From: Promethearchaeota archaeon
GTDB lineage: Archaea > Asgardarchaeota > Lokiarchaeia > Sigyniarchaeales > SOKP01
Length of the DNA: 64,000 bases
Direction of reading: 5' to 3'
Assembly: GCA_016839555.1 (NCBI GenBank)
Contig: JAEOUA010000010.1
Location: 32,001 to 96,000, forward strand
Shown: positions 1-9,732 of the stretch, piece after piece
Position numbering within the stretch: position 1 is the stretch's first letter
Layout of the letters: the number at the start of each line of letters is the position of its first letter
Notes under the pieces: model-generated
Database searches by the model: none
The model's input: the letters and a program-made list of their open reading frames with translations, nothing else
What the model was told of the DNA's origin: nothing
Position numbers and translations under genes: made by a program

Positions 1-1367
1 GATTGGTTAAATGTGTAATAGATTCCGGTATAAATTCCAAGGTCTCCTTCTGGTGCAAGCGCCCATAAAATTGGAAAAGAATTGACTATAAATCCCATCC
101 AAGGCACAGAAACTAACACCAACATAATAATCATAATTAATTCATCATGATTTTTGTATAACGGTGGAATTATGATAAAAGTCATTATAATCAATGAAAT
201 TATTAACCATATAAGAAATATCTTAACGGCATTTTTCCGCCCCACTTTTTTTGATTGTCCTAGCAAACCTACGAAATAAGCGACTGCAATCATCGGGCCG
301 GAATAAAATAAGAATAATCTACTCGCTTGTGCTTCTGTTGCTCCTAAATATTCTTGTGCAAAAAGAGAAAAGAAAGATTCTACTGAAGCGAATGCTAAAT
401 ACATAAAGATTATTGTTCCCAAAAAATATGCAAAATCTCTATGTCGTTTCATAATCTGAAATGCTTCCCGATAAGAACTAAATTTTTTACGCCGATTTAG
501 TTGAATTTCCTCGCTCCCTTTTTTTAACTCACGAGCTTTGAATGTAGCGGGTTCGATATCGAGTCTATTTTCGGAAATTTGAATAAATTTGTCTCCTGTT
601 GGTGTTTCCTTAAGAAAAATATTTTGGATTATCAATAATAATACCATGATGATCGCAACTGCGAGAAAGGGAATAAAATCTCCAATAATACTTGAAGGTA
701 CCATATAGGAAAGATTCATTCCAAATATATCTCCAAGATTTATAATAAATTCTTGAAAAGCAGTGGGCTTAGAAAACATTGTTTTTGGAAAGATCATCGG
801 CATGGCAAATCCTACTAATCCTCCGATATTCGCAATAAATTGCTGTACTGCGCTGGCTTTGGAATAAACCTTATCAGAAGTATAATCCGGTAATATAGCA
901 ATCGAAGCACTTCTATAAATCGACATTGCTATATCGAAAAGTAAAATGATAAGAACTAATCCTGCGATTACTCTAATAAGTGGGATTAAGGTAAAAAAAA
1001 ATGCAGAGGAGGTTGTTCCTAAAATTATGTATGGCATGCGACGACCAATTTTGCTTTTTGTTCGATCACTTAAGTCACCGAAGAATGGTTGTAAAATAAC
1101 TGCTGTAATATTATCAATTGCCATAATAGACCCTATTATAACGCTTATAAATGGATTCTTGCTTCCTAACTCATTTATTAATACCTCATTTAATATTAAA
1201 GGTACCTTGAAATTGAAATAGCTCCATGCTAAAAGGACTATAAAAAACGCGAGGGAAATAACAATTGTTCTTTTATAATTCAACTTGTCTGGCGGGATTG
1301 GCTCCATTTTTGGTTCATAAGGAAGATAAGTCGCTTCTTTTTTATCATCTTGTGCTATTTTTATCAC
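1..1367 (-). CDS. MFS transporter (sugar/SLC45-like), truncated by window edge; not in ORF track
   Basis: Minus-strand frame reads ...LNYKRTIVISLAFFIVLLAWSYFNFKVPL...MAIDNITAVILQPFFGDLSDRTKSKIGRRMPYIILG (MFS motif A), similar to 34836..36251. Start ambiguous: GTG 1367, ATA 1358 or ATG 1307. Confidence 0.85.
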   Translation of the reverse strand, partial: MIKIAQDDKKEATYLPYEPKMEPIPPDKLNYKRTIVISLAFFIVLLAWSYFNFKVPLILNEVLINELGSKNPFISVIIGSIMAIDNITAVILQPFFGDLSDRTKSKIGRRMPYIILGTTSSAFFFTLIPLIRVIAGLVLIILLFDIAMSIYRSASIAILPDYTSDKVYSKASAVQQFIANIGGLVGFAMPMIFPKTMFSKPTAFQEFIINLGDIFGMNLSYMVPSSIIGDFIPFLAVAIIMVLLLIIQNIFLKETPTGDKFIQISENRLDIEPATFKARELKKGSEEIQLNRRKKFSSYREAFQIMKRHRDFAYFLGTIIFMYLAFASVESFFSLFAQEYLGATEAQASRLFLFYSGPMIAVAYFVGLLGQSKKVGRKNAVKIFLIWLIISLIIMTFIIIPPLYKNHDELIMIIMLVLVSVPWMGFIVNSFPILWALAPEGDLGIYTGIYYTFNQ

Positions 1368-1478
1368 CTAAGTTTTATATTGCTAAGGTTTAATTTAAAT
1401 TAATTTAAATTTGTATAAAAGAAAAAATTAAAACCTTTTTATTAGATAAAAAATAAAAAATTAAAAAAATAGAGGTAT

Positions 1479-2903
1479 TTAGATTATTTCTTCATACTTA
1501 TCAAGATCGACCATTTTCCCTTTTTCTTCGTGCATCTTATCGAGCTCTATTTGCATTGCATCATATTTCTCTTTGGTGACTGGGAATCGCAAGAGTGCTA
1601 ATAGTCCTAACCCTAGAGCAATGGCTGGTAAAAAATACATAAGGATAAAGATACCTATATTTGTTTGGGGCGTGTAAGCACTAGGATCATAAATAACCCC
1701 CCATCCAATTCCCCAAAATATGAAGAAAATTGCTAAATAGACCCCAATGGTCGATAATCGTATGATGAGGGCATTAACTCCATAATATGCCCCTTCTCTT
1801 CTAATTCCAACCTTCAATTCATCGGTATCAATTATAGTACTCATCATCATATCTCGGCCGAACATAATCCCGGCAAACCCAAAACCTGCAATAATATAAG
1901 TAAAAATTGCTGCTATCGGATGAAGCATGAACAAAAATGGAGTCATTGTGAGAATTAAACATCCCAATGCCATTAGTTCAGCCTTCCTCGGCCCAAATTT
2001 AGCAAAAATTTTACTCCAGAGTATCATAAAGGCTATTGCAGAAATAAACAAGATGGCTAAGTAGATTGACGGTATCATACCCCCTTCCACTCCAAGAATA
2101 AACCTTACATAATACGGATTAATAATAGGCACTAACCCGAAAACAAACCATACTGCTAAATTAGTTCCGACATACGTTGTAAATGATTTATTTTTGAATG
2201 TTAATTTCACAGAATCTTTAAATGAAGGCGCTTTTAATGGATCTTTTGCATATTCAACCCGTTCTTTTAATCCTTTTTTAATGAAAATTAATCCGAAAAC
2301 CGTCGCTAATATTGCCATTATAATAGAGCCCACGATATATCCCCCTTCTGTGCCTGGTTCCACACTGGTAGGTACAAACAAAGTGGGAATGATTGCAGCA
2401 AATAATAGTCCAATAATATTAAAGATTTGAACGTAATTATTCGCTACCGCTCTCTGTTCAAGGTTTTCAAACATTTCAGGAAATAAGGATGTCTGGTTTA
2501 AAGAATACATCGTGTAAAAGAAATCAAAAAGAATAATGATAATAAGGAAATAAATGTACTGTACCACATCGGGTCCGAATGGAGTCCATACAAGTATGAT
2601 CAATGCTATTAGTGGTATTAATCCTAATACAATGAATGGGCGACGGCGACCCCATTTTGAAGAGGATCTATCAGAAATGGCGCCTAAGAGGGGGTCGTTG
2701 AGAGCATTCCACACGGTCCATATCATAAATCCTATAACTACCCAAAGTAGTGGTAATTGCTTAACAGCGATGTAATAATTAAAAATGTAGAAAGAAAACA
2801 TCTGATAAGACATGGTATCGGCAATTCCCGCGAAGCTATAATAGATCATGTCCTTTTTTGTATATTCCGTTTTTACTCCTACTTTTTTTTCAGTCATTTT
2901 CAA
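1479..2903 (-). CDS. MFS transporter, GPH/MelB (Na+/glycoside symporter) family
   Basis: WNALNDPLLGAISDR..WGRRRPF; D.DELKVGIRREGAYYG; about 12 hydrophobic segments. Likely ATG at 2897. Confidence 0.9.
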   Translation of the reverse strand: MKMTEKKVGVKTEYTKKDMIYYSFAGIADTMSYQMFSFYIFNYYIAVKQLPLLWVVIGFMIWTVWNALNDPLLGAISDRSSSKWGRRRPFIVLGLIPLIALIILVWTPFGPDVVQYIYFLIIIILFDFFYTMYSLNQTSLFPEMFENLEQRAVANNYVQIFNIIGLLFAAIIPTLFVPTSVEPGTEGGYIVGSIIMAILATVFGLIFIKKGLKERVEYAKDPLKAPSFKDSVKLTFKNKSFTTYVGTNLAVWFVFGLVPIINPYYVRFILGVEGGMIPSIYLAILFISAIAFMILWSKIFAKFGPRKAELMALGCLILTMTPFLFMLHPIAAIFTYIIAGFGFAGIMFGRDMMMSTIIDTDELKVGIRREGAYYGVNALIIRLSTIGVYLAIFFIFWGIGWGVIYDPSAYTPQTNIGIFILMYFLPAIALGLGLLALLRFPVTKEKYDAMQIELDKMHEEKGKMVDLDKYEEII

Positions 2904-3080
2904 GTTTATTTTATATAATTTTTTGTATATAGAATTAGAATGAAAGTTTTATATAAATATGTAGTCTAATTTTTTTATAAATTTTGAGATTTTGAAAAAT
3001 AAAGATATAATAAATTTGTTTAATTTATGAGTGTTTGAACCAAGAAGCTTAATTTGGATTTAAAAATATTTTCCTTAAAT

Positions 3081-4742
3081 TTATTTTATTTTCCGCAATA
3101 ATTTCTCATTTACGTCATTTTTCAGAGTTTCATAAAAAACGGAGTAATATTTCTGATAAAATTCTCTCTTCTTAGCCAAAAATTTTTCTTTATCTTGTCG
3201 TTCTATGGTGCCTTCGCTCCAAAAAATCTTTCCTTGTTCATCTAGTGTAAGAATTTCCTCTTTTTTTACTATTGTTCCATTTTTTATAACATATTCCATA
3301 GTTTCTAAAGCGTTTTGGAGCTTCGAATAATCGTTTGAGAGATCTAAGTCTTGTAAATTAATGTTTAATATATTAACATCGCCATCAGCTCCCGGCGTGA
3401 ATCCTCCTTTGATATTTCCCAAACCTAATGATTTTGCGGGGCTTGCTCTCGAAATAACAATATATTCATAAAAGGATAAGACATCTTCATTATTGGAGAG
3501 CTGTGAGTTTTTTACAAACTTTTGGTTCATATCTTTCATAAATGCCTGTCGTGCTTTGCTACTCAGCAACCAAGTAGCGATTTTGGGGATATTATTTATA
3601 TGAGAATAATGCGGAAAATTAAGGGATAACTGAAGTTGCCACTTATTGTTCACTTGTAATGCTAAAGCTATACCATTTTCCCATAATTTACAATCATGTT
3701 CATTAGACTTGTTAAATTTTCTTAAACTAACGAAGGTGTCTCCCTCCGTTTCAATTGCATTTCGAAATAGCGTGCTATTATTGTGTGAATTTAAATGAGA
3801 AGTAATAAGGGTTCTATCGGAGGTAATTAATGGATTGATGGGGTCAAATCCAATTAATCCCAAATCCATGTCAATAGATTGATTATCATTGAAAAATGAA
3901 ATTAATTCTGAGATATTTCCATTAATATTATAGGAGTTTCCATGAGCTAAATGAAATATCTGCGATCTATCGAATTTAGAATTATTCTGATGCGTCAATT
4001 CGATTGACTTTAAAGCTTCTAAGAGTGTAGATAAGTTTTTATTTCCAACTTCATTTTCATAGCCTTCAATATGTGCGTGAATTGAATGAGGGAGCGCTAA
4101 TTTTTCGACTGCTTTCGTTAAATTCATATAGACTTCCAGAGCAAAAAAGTTATATAATTTCCCACCTTGCTCTATACTTTCTCTAAGGTTATTAAAATTC
4201 CAAGTTTCTGCTTCGAAAGGATTATAAGCCTTAATACCAAAACCTTTGCAAGTAGAAAGAAGATAAGATAAAAAAGTTGCGATATCGTCAATTTTTGCCC
4301 GTTCAAATTCAGATTCTAATACCCATAGATTGCTGGCATTTAATAACATTCCTTTATCTAAAACGGGCAAATATTTAAAATTGAAAATAGTCTGACTTGC
4401 AAGAGAAGGATAGGTATTTGCGTCCAATACAAAAGTATATCCATTTGCCAAGTAATCTTTTGCGATATTTTCTAAAGAAAATCCCTGCCATATCTCCCTA
4501 AATTTTTTGTTATTAGAACCTATTAATCGAGCCCAATTCACTTGTTGAGAAGCAATATGAGTATGAATATCAAGCGCGGCTGGAATTACAGTTTTATTCT
4601 TAGCATCTATTTCTTTTATATCGCTCTCTGAAGAGAATTTTTCCACAATAATTCCATTTTCTATTAAAATATCCTTTTGTTCTTCATTGATTTCATTTAA
4701 AGGATCATATACTATGCCATTCTTAATTAGTAATTTCTTCAT
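3081..4742 (-). CDS. fwdA: Divergent formylmethanofuran dehydrogenase subunit A (amidohydrolase fold)
   Basis: IKNGIVYDPLN, DIHTHIA, GIKAYNP, LPHSIHAH, RASPAKSLGL, GADGDV; context with B/D/G-like genes. Confidence 0.85.
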   Translation of the reverse strand: MKKLLIKNGIVYDPLNEINEEQKDILIENGIIVEKFSSESDIKEIDAKNKTVIPAALDIHTHIASQQVNWARLIGSNNKKFREIWQGFSLENIAKDYLANGYTFVLDANTYPSLASQTIFNFKYLPVLDKGMLLNASNLWVLESEFERAKIDDIATFLSYLLSTCKGFGIKAYNPFEAETWNFNNLRESIEQGGKLYNFFALEVYMNLTKAVEKLALPHSIHAHIEGYENEVGNKNLSTLLEALKSIELTHQNNSKFDRSQIFHLAHGNSYNINGNISELISFFNDNQSIDMDLGLIGFDPINPLITSDRTLITSHLNSHNNSTLFRNAIETEGDTFVSLRKFNKSNEHDCKLWENGIALALQVNNKWQLQLSLNFPHYSHINNIPKIATWLLSSKARQAFMKDMNQKFVKNSQLSNNEDVLSFYEYIVISRASPAKSLGLGNIKGGFTPGADGDVNILNINLQDLDLSNDYSKLQNALETMEYVIKNGTIVKKEEILTLDEQGKIFWSEGTIERQDKEKFLAKKREFYQKYYSVFYETLKNDVNEKLLRKIK

Positions 4743-5125
4743 TTATTTATCCCCCCCTTTTTTATCTTTTCAATCAATTCTTTTAATGGTGTAGGAGGAT
4801 CTCTGGTGGCTTCACAATTTACGGGAATATTTTTATTTAATAATTTCCCATTTTTAGTGCTTGTTAATTGATTAGACCATATTGATACTGGCATCGCAAT
4901 CGTTCCTTTAGGGATATTTTCATCTTGTTTAAATTTAACTACTACTTCCCCGTGCTCATTAAATAAATGGAGTTTTAAACTAGGTGTTAAATACATTTCT
5001 TCAAAATCCTCAGGATTAATATATGCCATGGCTAAAATTTCTTCCATTTTTTCAATTTCTCCAAATGTAAATTCTTTAGCTTGATCGTGATCAATCAATC
5101 TTATTGAATTTAATCTTAACTCCAT
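4739..5125 (-). CDS. fwdD: Formylmethanofuran dehydrogenase subunit D-like (molybdopterin dinucleotide-binding fold)
   Basis: YINPEDF..NEHGEVVV..IPKGTIAMP..WSNQL..KNIPV; ATGA overlap with fwdA. Confidence 0.8.
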   Translation of the reverse strand: MELRLNSIRLIDHDQAKEFTFGEIEKMEEILAMAYINPEDFEEMYLTPSLKLHLFNEHGEVVVKFKQDENIPKGTIAMPVSIWSNQLTSTKNGKLLNKNIPVNCEATRDPPTPLKELIEKIKKGGINK

Positions 5126-5130
5126 AGTTT

Positions 5131-6432
5131 TTATTCCCCCTTAATTTTTTTATTGATCTTGATTAATAATTCTTCATCGGAAGGAAGATCATTCGGAGGG
5201 TCAATTAATTTGGATAACTTAATGGGAACATCATCTATTCTGAATGCGGTCCCTCCTGCCTCTACTCCTGTAATAGCAGTGGGTAACACAACATCGGCAA
5301 CAAAATAGGTGCTAGATTTTCGATTATCTAATAAAATAAGGGGTTTTGAAGCTAAATGGGAAGCCAAAATTGATGGCAAATGTGAGATGGCATCTGTCCC
5401 AACTATAATGGAAAGATCAAAATCCTCATTCTCTATTTTAGTTATTATATTATCATCTGTATCAATTAGAGCATCATTTTTGAATTGAAGGCTATGATTT
5501 TTCCCGGTTAAACTTAAAGCAGTCTGATCAAATCCTGTCATGTTGAAATGACCTCCACCCATTATTACTGAGATTCTTCCTTTTTTATTAACATTATTAA
5601 GAATTTCAATCAATTCTAATAATTCTTTTAAAGGATCTCCATCTTCGCTTTGTTGTAACATACCTTGTCCTGTAAAAATGGAAATATTTTCAGAATCCAC
5701 TAGATTTGCTACTAACCTTTCTAAATCCATTTTATCTATTCCAGCAATACCTTCTGAAGGGATATCCATTTCTTTTTTACAAATTTTCTTTAATGCTTGA
5801 ATTAATTCTAAATCGGATTCTGGTTTTATTAATAGGGGGATATCTCGAGGACCCATTATATTATATGAAGCGGTTTTCACAGGATCTATTACAATAAGGG
5901 TTTTTATTTCTCTTCCAGTCATTCTAAATTTCCCTCTTGAAAATAAAATTTTATTTAATAAGCGAGGAATCGATTCAATTGGATTAAACCCCCATAAAAG
6001 AATAATATCTCCTTTATTTATTATTTCAGTGAGGGTTGTCATTGTCACTCCTACTTCTTTTGATTTATTTAATGTAATTCCTTGACAGATAGTGGAATTT
6101 GAATCTATAAACCCATTTATTGCTTTAGCTAATCGGATACCCTCTGCTTGCGCTTCACAAGAAGTAGTAGAAAATCCATAAAGGATCGGATTTGATGATT
6201 CCTTAATCAATTGAATTGCTTTCTCTAATGCTTCATCCCACCCTACTTCTTTTAAATCATCATTTTCTCTAAATAAGGGTTTTAATATTCTATTATGTGA
6301 TTTGATTGATTCAAGTCTCTCTTTTCCTCTTATACATGCGCCAATAACTTGCTCAATTTTTCTCTCATCATTTTCTTCTATTATTATATCATCACATAAT
6401 AATGAGCATCCTGTACATGTAATTCTTTTCAT
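5131..6432 (-). CDS. fwdB: Divergent formylmethanofuran dehydrogenase subunit B
   Basis: CTGCSLLCDD..AC Fe-S motif, YGFSTTSCEAQ, DSNSTICQG, WGFNP, GHFN, TAITGVEAGGTAFRIDDVP. Confidence 0.85.
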   Translation of the reverse strand: MKRITCTGCSLLCDDIIIEENDERKIEQVIGACIRGKERLESIKSHNRILKPLFRENDDLKEVGWDEALEKAIQLIKESSNPILYGFSTTSCEAQAEGIRLAKAINGFIDSNSTICQGITLNKSKEVGVTMTTLTEIINKGDIILLWGFNPIESIPRLLNKILFSRGKFRMTGREIKTLIVIDPVKTASYNIMGPRDIPLLIKPESDLELIQALKKICKKEMDIPSEGIAGIDKMDLERLVANLVDSENISIFTGQGMLQQSEDGDPLKELLELIEILNNVNKKGRISVIMGGGHFNMTGFDQTALSLTGKNHSLQFKNDALIDTDDNIITKIENEDFDLSIIVGTDAISHLPSILASHLASKPLILLDNRKSSTYFVADVVLPTAITGVEAGGTAFRIDDVPIKLSKLIDPPNDLPSDEELLIKINKKIKGE

Positions 6433-6488
6433 ATTAGCTATAACCTATTTTAATAATTCGAATTCTATCTCTAATTTTTTTTCAAATC

Positions 6489-6998
6489 TCATTCTTCTAC
6501 AAGGTCATAAGAGATTTCTAGGGCCTCGCGAGGACAATAAGTTTCACAAACTCGACATTCCCGCTCTCTCCCTTGAGCAGTAATCCTCCTACATTGATCT
6601 AGGGCTAGAAGCTCACATTTTCCATCTTTTATTACAAACAATTGATGTTCGTCAGGAGGATAGTCTGGTACCTTTCCGCTAAGAGTGGAATAACAATACC
6701 TAGCATTTACGGGACAAACAGTTACGCAGATTCCACATCCATCACATAACTCATCATCAATAGTGATTCTTAATTCTTTTTTCTTTCCTTCCTCTCCCCC
6801 AATTAATTCTTGTAATTGATCAAGTTTTTCCTTATATTTAGATTCCTCAATTAATGGAGGGCAATCCGCAATCTTTACATTCCCTTTAAGCAATTCGAGA
6901 GCAAATGCCATGCATGTTTTAGGTTCACATTTGCCACAATTGGTTTGTGGTAAGAATTTATAAATCTCCATAAAATTATCAGTTGGAATAATAATCAC
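6489..6998 (-). CDS. fwdG: FwdG-like ferredoxin (N-terminal FeS domain LPQTNCGKC plus 4Fe-4S dicluster)
   Basis: EIYKFLPQTNCGKC..CMAFA..CP; CDGCGICVTVCP; CRVCETYCP; directly upstream of fwdB. Confidence 0.7.
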   Translation of the reverse strand: MIIIPTDNFMEIYKFLPQTNCGKCEPKTCMAFALELLKGNVKIADCPPLIEESKYKEKLDQLQELIGGEEGKKKELRITIDDELCDGCGICVTVCPVNARYCYSTLSGKVPDYPPDEHQLFVIKDGKCELLALDQCRRITAQGRERECRVCETYCPREALEISYDLVEE

Positions 6999-7161
6999 CT
7001 TGTATTTGATTCCATTTTTTCTCTTTTCTGAGTGTAAAAGGTTTTTAAAATTATTAATTTTTTATATTATTCTTTATAAATTTTTTAATGGTTTACATAT
7101 CATAACTTAATAAATCGTAAATAAGAAGCAATTGAAGTATTAGGATATTAGATTATAAAAG

Positions 7162-8091
7162 CTATAAAGAAGAATTCCATAATCTCTTTTTCAGCTTTTG
7201 AAATATCTCTTCTATTGATTTGCTTGCGGGCGCATTTGGATCATAATCTACAACGGGTTCAGCATTCGCCATTGCGTGAGCAATTTGCAAGTCAAAAGGA
7301 ATTCTTCCCAATATATCATATCCCGTTGATTCTATAAATTCTTGAAACTTTTTTTGAAAAGGACTTTTTAGATCTGCTTTATTAATCACAATTCCAAAGG
7401 GGATTTCAAATTGTTGTACCACTTCTATTGCTCGTTTTACATCATGAAGTCCCGAAGGTGTTGGTTCGCAGATAGTAATAACATAATCTAATCCTGAAAC
7501 AGTAGCAATTACAGGACAACCTATACCTGGAGGTCCATCGATCAGGATCAAGTTGGAGTCTTCATATTCCTCAAGATTTTGAGTAAATTCTTTACTTTCT
7601 GATACTAGTTTCCCCGAAGTCGTGCTCCCTAATTCAGTTCGACCATATACTAAGCGTGGTTCTTTCCTTGTTATATATGAAATTATTTCGCCGCTTTTTA
7701 CAGGATGGATTTCAAATGCATGTTCAGGACATAGAACTTTACAAGCCCCACAGCCCTCGCATGCTAAATAACTAATAATGGGAATCTCTTGCTCCTCATT
7801 CCAATTTAATGCGTGAAATTCACAAAAATTATCTTCAATACATTGTTTGCAGTGAACACATTTTTCTTCAATAAACGATGCTTTTAAGGTGGTGTAGGTG
7901 TCTTGTATGTCGATATTATGCTCATTTTCCGCAGGCAAAATTAATGCCAAATTTGGAGCGTCTACATCACAATCCATTATAATTGGATTAATATCGGGAT
8001 CATTACTTGCCAAACTGGCTAGGGAAGCTGTTAAAGAAGTTTTCCCCACACCGCCTTTTCCACTTATTATGCCTATTGCTTTCCTTTCCAT
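7162..8091 (-). CDS. MinD-superfamily P-loop ATPase with inserted 4Fe-4S ferredoxin domain (COG1149-type)
   Basis: SGKGGVGKT, DCDVDAPN, CVHCKQC, CEGCGAC..CP, DGPPGIGCP, EPTPSG. Confidence 0.9.
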   Translation of the reverse strand: MERKAIGIISGKGGVGKTSLTASLASLASNDPDINPIIMDCDVDAPNLALILPAENEHNIDIQDTYTTLKASFIEEKCVHCKQCIEDNFCEFHALNWNEEQEIPIISYLACEGCGACKVLCPEHAFEIHPVKSGEIISYITRKEPRLVYGRTELGSTTSGKLVSESKEFTQNLEEYEDSNLILIDGPPGIGCPVIATVSGLDYVITICEPTPSGLHDVKRAIEVVQQFEIPFGIVINKADLKSPFQKKFQEFIESTGYDILGRIPFDLQIAHAMANAEPVVDYDPNAPASKSIEEIFQKLKKRLWNSSL

Positions 8092-8092
8092 T

Positions 8093-9028
8093 TTATTCTT
8101 TCACTCCTTGCATATGGCTGTTTTTCAACCAAATTTTAAGGGCATCAAAAATTTTCAGAAATGCTTGATATCCCGCTCCATTTATGTCAAATTTTCCACT
8201 ATTGTCCATAAGTGGAATACCTTGACAATATGATTGTACAATTTCATCATCTAAAGGAATATCTCCCAATACTTCTATTTTTTGCTCCGCTAATTCTTGC
8301 AAAAATTCATCTTTAAATCCTAAAAGAGAAGATCTATTTACAATCGTTTTATAATCCTTTTTTAATAATTTGATTAATTCTATAATTCGTTCCAAATCCA
8401 GTTTTCCAAATTTAGTGGGTTCAGTTACCGGAATAATTTTATCTGCTTGATCTATTAATAGTTCGACATCGCAATGAGCCCCTGGTGCCGTGTCTAAGAT
8501 TACTATATCATATTTTTCTGGTTCATTTTCAAGTGTCGTATTAAGTTTGTCGAGAAGTGCTTCTACGACCGATGCAGAACGTGCTTCTGAGGGCTTTAAT
8601 TCTCCTACTAAGAGGTCAATATTATCTTTTTGCGACTCGTAAATCCATCCTAGAACTTTAGTATCTTCTTCAATAGCATCTTCTGGGCAAATTTTATAAC
8701 ATAACTTACACCCAGAACATAAATTTAAAAAAGGGATGGGATAAGAGTCTTTCACCCATAATAATGCATTAGTCGCACAATTTTGGGCGCAAAGTCCACA
8801 CTTTGAACATTTTTCTTTAAGAATTACGGGTTTAAAAAACATTACCGGCGTTTTATTTTCTAACTCTAAACCTAATAAAAGATTGGTATTTGGATTTTCC
8901 ACATCGCCATCAATAAGGAGCACCTTTTTTCCCTCATTTTTGAACATCGTGGCTAGATTCACGGCAATAAGGGTCTTTCCCGTGCCCCCTTTTCCCCCGC
9001 TTACACAAATTATTGGTGGTTTTGCCAT
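8093..9028 (-). CDS. MinD-superfamily P-loop ATPase with inserted 4Fe-4S ferredoxin domain (COG1149-type)
   Basis: GGKGGTGKT, DGDVENPN, CSKCGLC, CSGCKLC..CP, DTAPGAHC, VTEPT. Confidence 0.9.
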   Translation of the reverse strand: MAKPPIICVSGGKGGTGKTLIAVNLATMFKNEGKKVLLIDGDVENPNTNLLLGLELENKTPVMFFKPVILKEKCSKCGLCAQNCATNALLWVKDSYPIPFLNLCSGCKLCYKICPEDAIEEDTKVLGWIYESQKDNIDLLVGELKPSEARSASVVEALLDKLNTTLENEPEKYDIVILDTAPGAHCDVELLIDQADKIIPVTEPTKFGKLDLERIIELIKLLKKDYKTIVNRSSLLGFKDEFLQELAEQKIEVLGDIPLDDEIVQSYCQGIPLMDNSGKFDINGAGYQAFLKIFDALKIWLKNSHMQGVKE

Positions 9029-9064
9029 AATAAATAAAAAGATTTATTAAAATTTAGATACATT

Positions 9065-9508
9065 TTAAAATCTTCGGCGTCCCATTCCGCCACCCATACC
9101 ACGACCACCTCCCATTCCGCCGCCTCCCATACCATAGTGTGCGCCAACATTTGCCCGAGAAATTTCTTGAAGCTCACCTTTTAAATACATATCAATGGCT
9201 TGCTTCACGGTTAGTTGTTGGTTTGGGAGTTGATAGATTTTCAAATTGAGAGAAGTCAACCCTTGGGAAGCGTTTGGACCTAAAAATCCAACGATAACTT
9301 CTGAGGCACCGTTATTTCCAATGATTTGTGCCGCCTGAATTCCAGCACCACCCATCGCGCTGGCAGCAGAATTAGGTACTGTTTTAACCTCTTGAATCTC
9401 TCCATCTTCGACCGTGACAAAGGTAAATGATTGGCATCTTCCAAAACGAGGACTTACATTCGCAGAAATTCCTCCACTACCCATGGAGGGTAATCCTATA
9501 ATCGTCAT
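9065..9508 (-). CDS. NifB/NifX-family (FeMo-co-binding fold) protein with Gly/Met/Arg-rich tail
   Basis: SPRFGRC..F, GGAGIQAAQ, GPNA; C-terminal GMGGGGMGGGRG tail. Confidence 0.9.
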   Translation of the reverse strand: MTIIGLPSMGSGGISANVSPRFGRCQSFTFVTVEDGEIQEVKTVPNSAASAMGGAGIQAAQIIGNNGASEVIVGFLGPNASQGLTSLNLKIYQLPNQQLTVKQAIDMYLKGELQEISRANVGAHYGMGGGGMGGGRGMGGGMGRRRF

Positions 9509-9562
9509 TATTTACTCAACCTTTTTTGTATTTTTTTCTTATTTTTACTATTTTATTTATTT

Positions 9563-9576
9563 TGAATATTTATTCA
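9563..9576. promoter_or_regulatory. Palindromic operator TGAATATTTATTCA upstream of NifX-MinD operon
   Basis: TGAATA-TT-TATTCA inverted repeat about 55 bp upstream of ATG 9508; same motif at 16284 and 37698. Confidence 0.7.
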
Positions 9577-9619
9577 ATAATTGTAATTGTAATTCGAATA
9601 AAAATTTATCCTTAATTTT

Positions 9620-9665
9620 TTCTAAATTATATAACAATTCAGTTCTAAATTATATAACAATTCAG
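9620..9665. repeat. Perfect 23-bp tandem duplication TTCTAAATTATATAACAATTCAG x2
   Basis: Copies at 9620-9642 and 9643-9665 in divergent intergenic region. Confidence 0.95.
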
Positions 9666-9732
9666 ATTTAAATAGGATAACGGTTAAACTTTATATATAT
9701 TTTAAAATACATCCCAATTTAATTAAAAAATT

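Noticed and set aside
5131-6432. Selenocysteine in FwdB
   Set aside because: The metal-ligand position is an ordinary Cys codon and the ORF is uninterrupted.
9065-9508. Nitrogen fixation (NifX and NifH-like P-loop genes)
   Set aside because: The ATPases are MinD/ferredoxin type, not NifH. No nifDK genes are present, and the NifX fold is widespread in non-diazotrophs.
9620-9665. Mini CRISPR array
   Set aside because: Two abutting copies with no spacer, and no cas genes.
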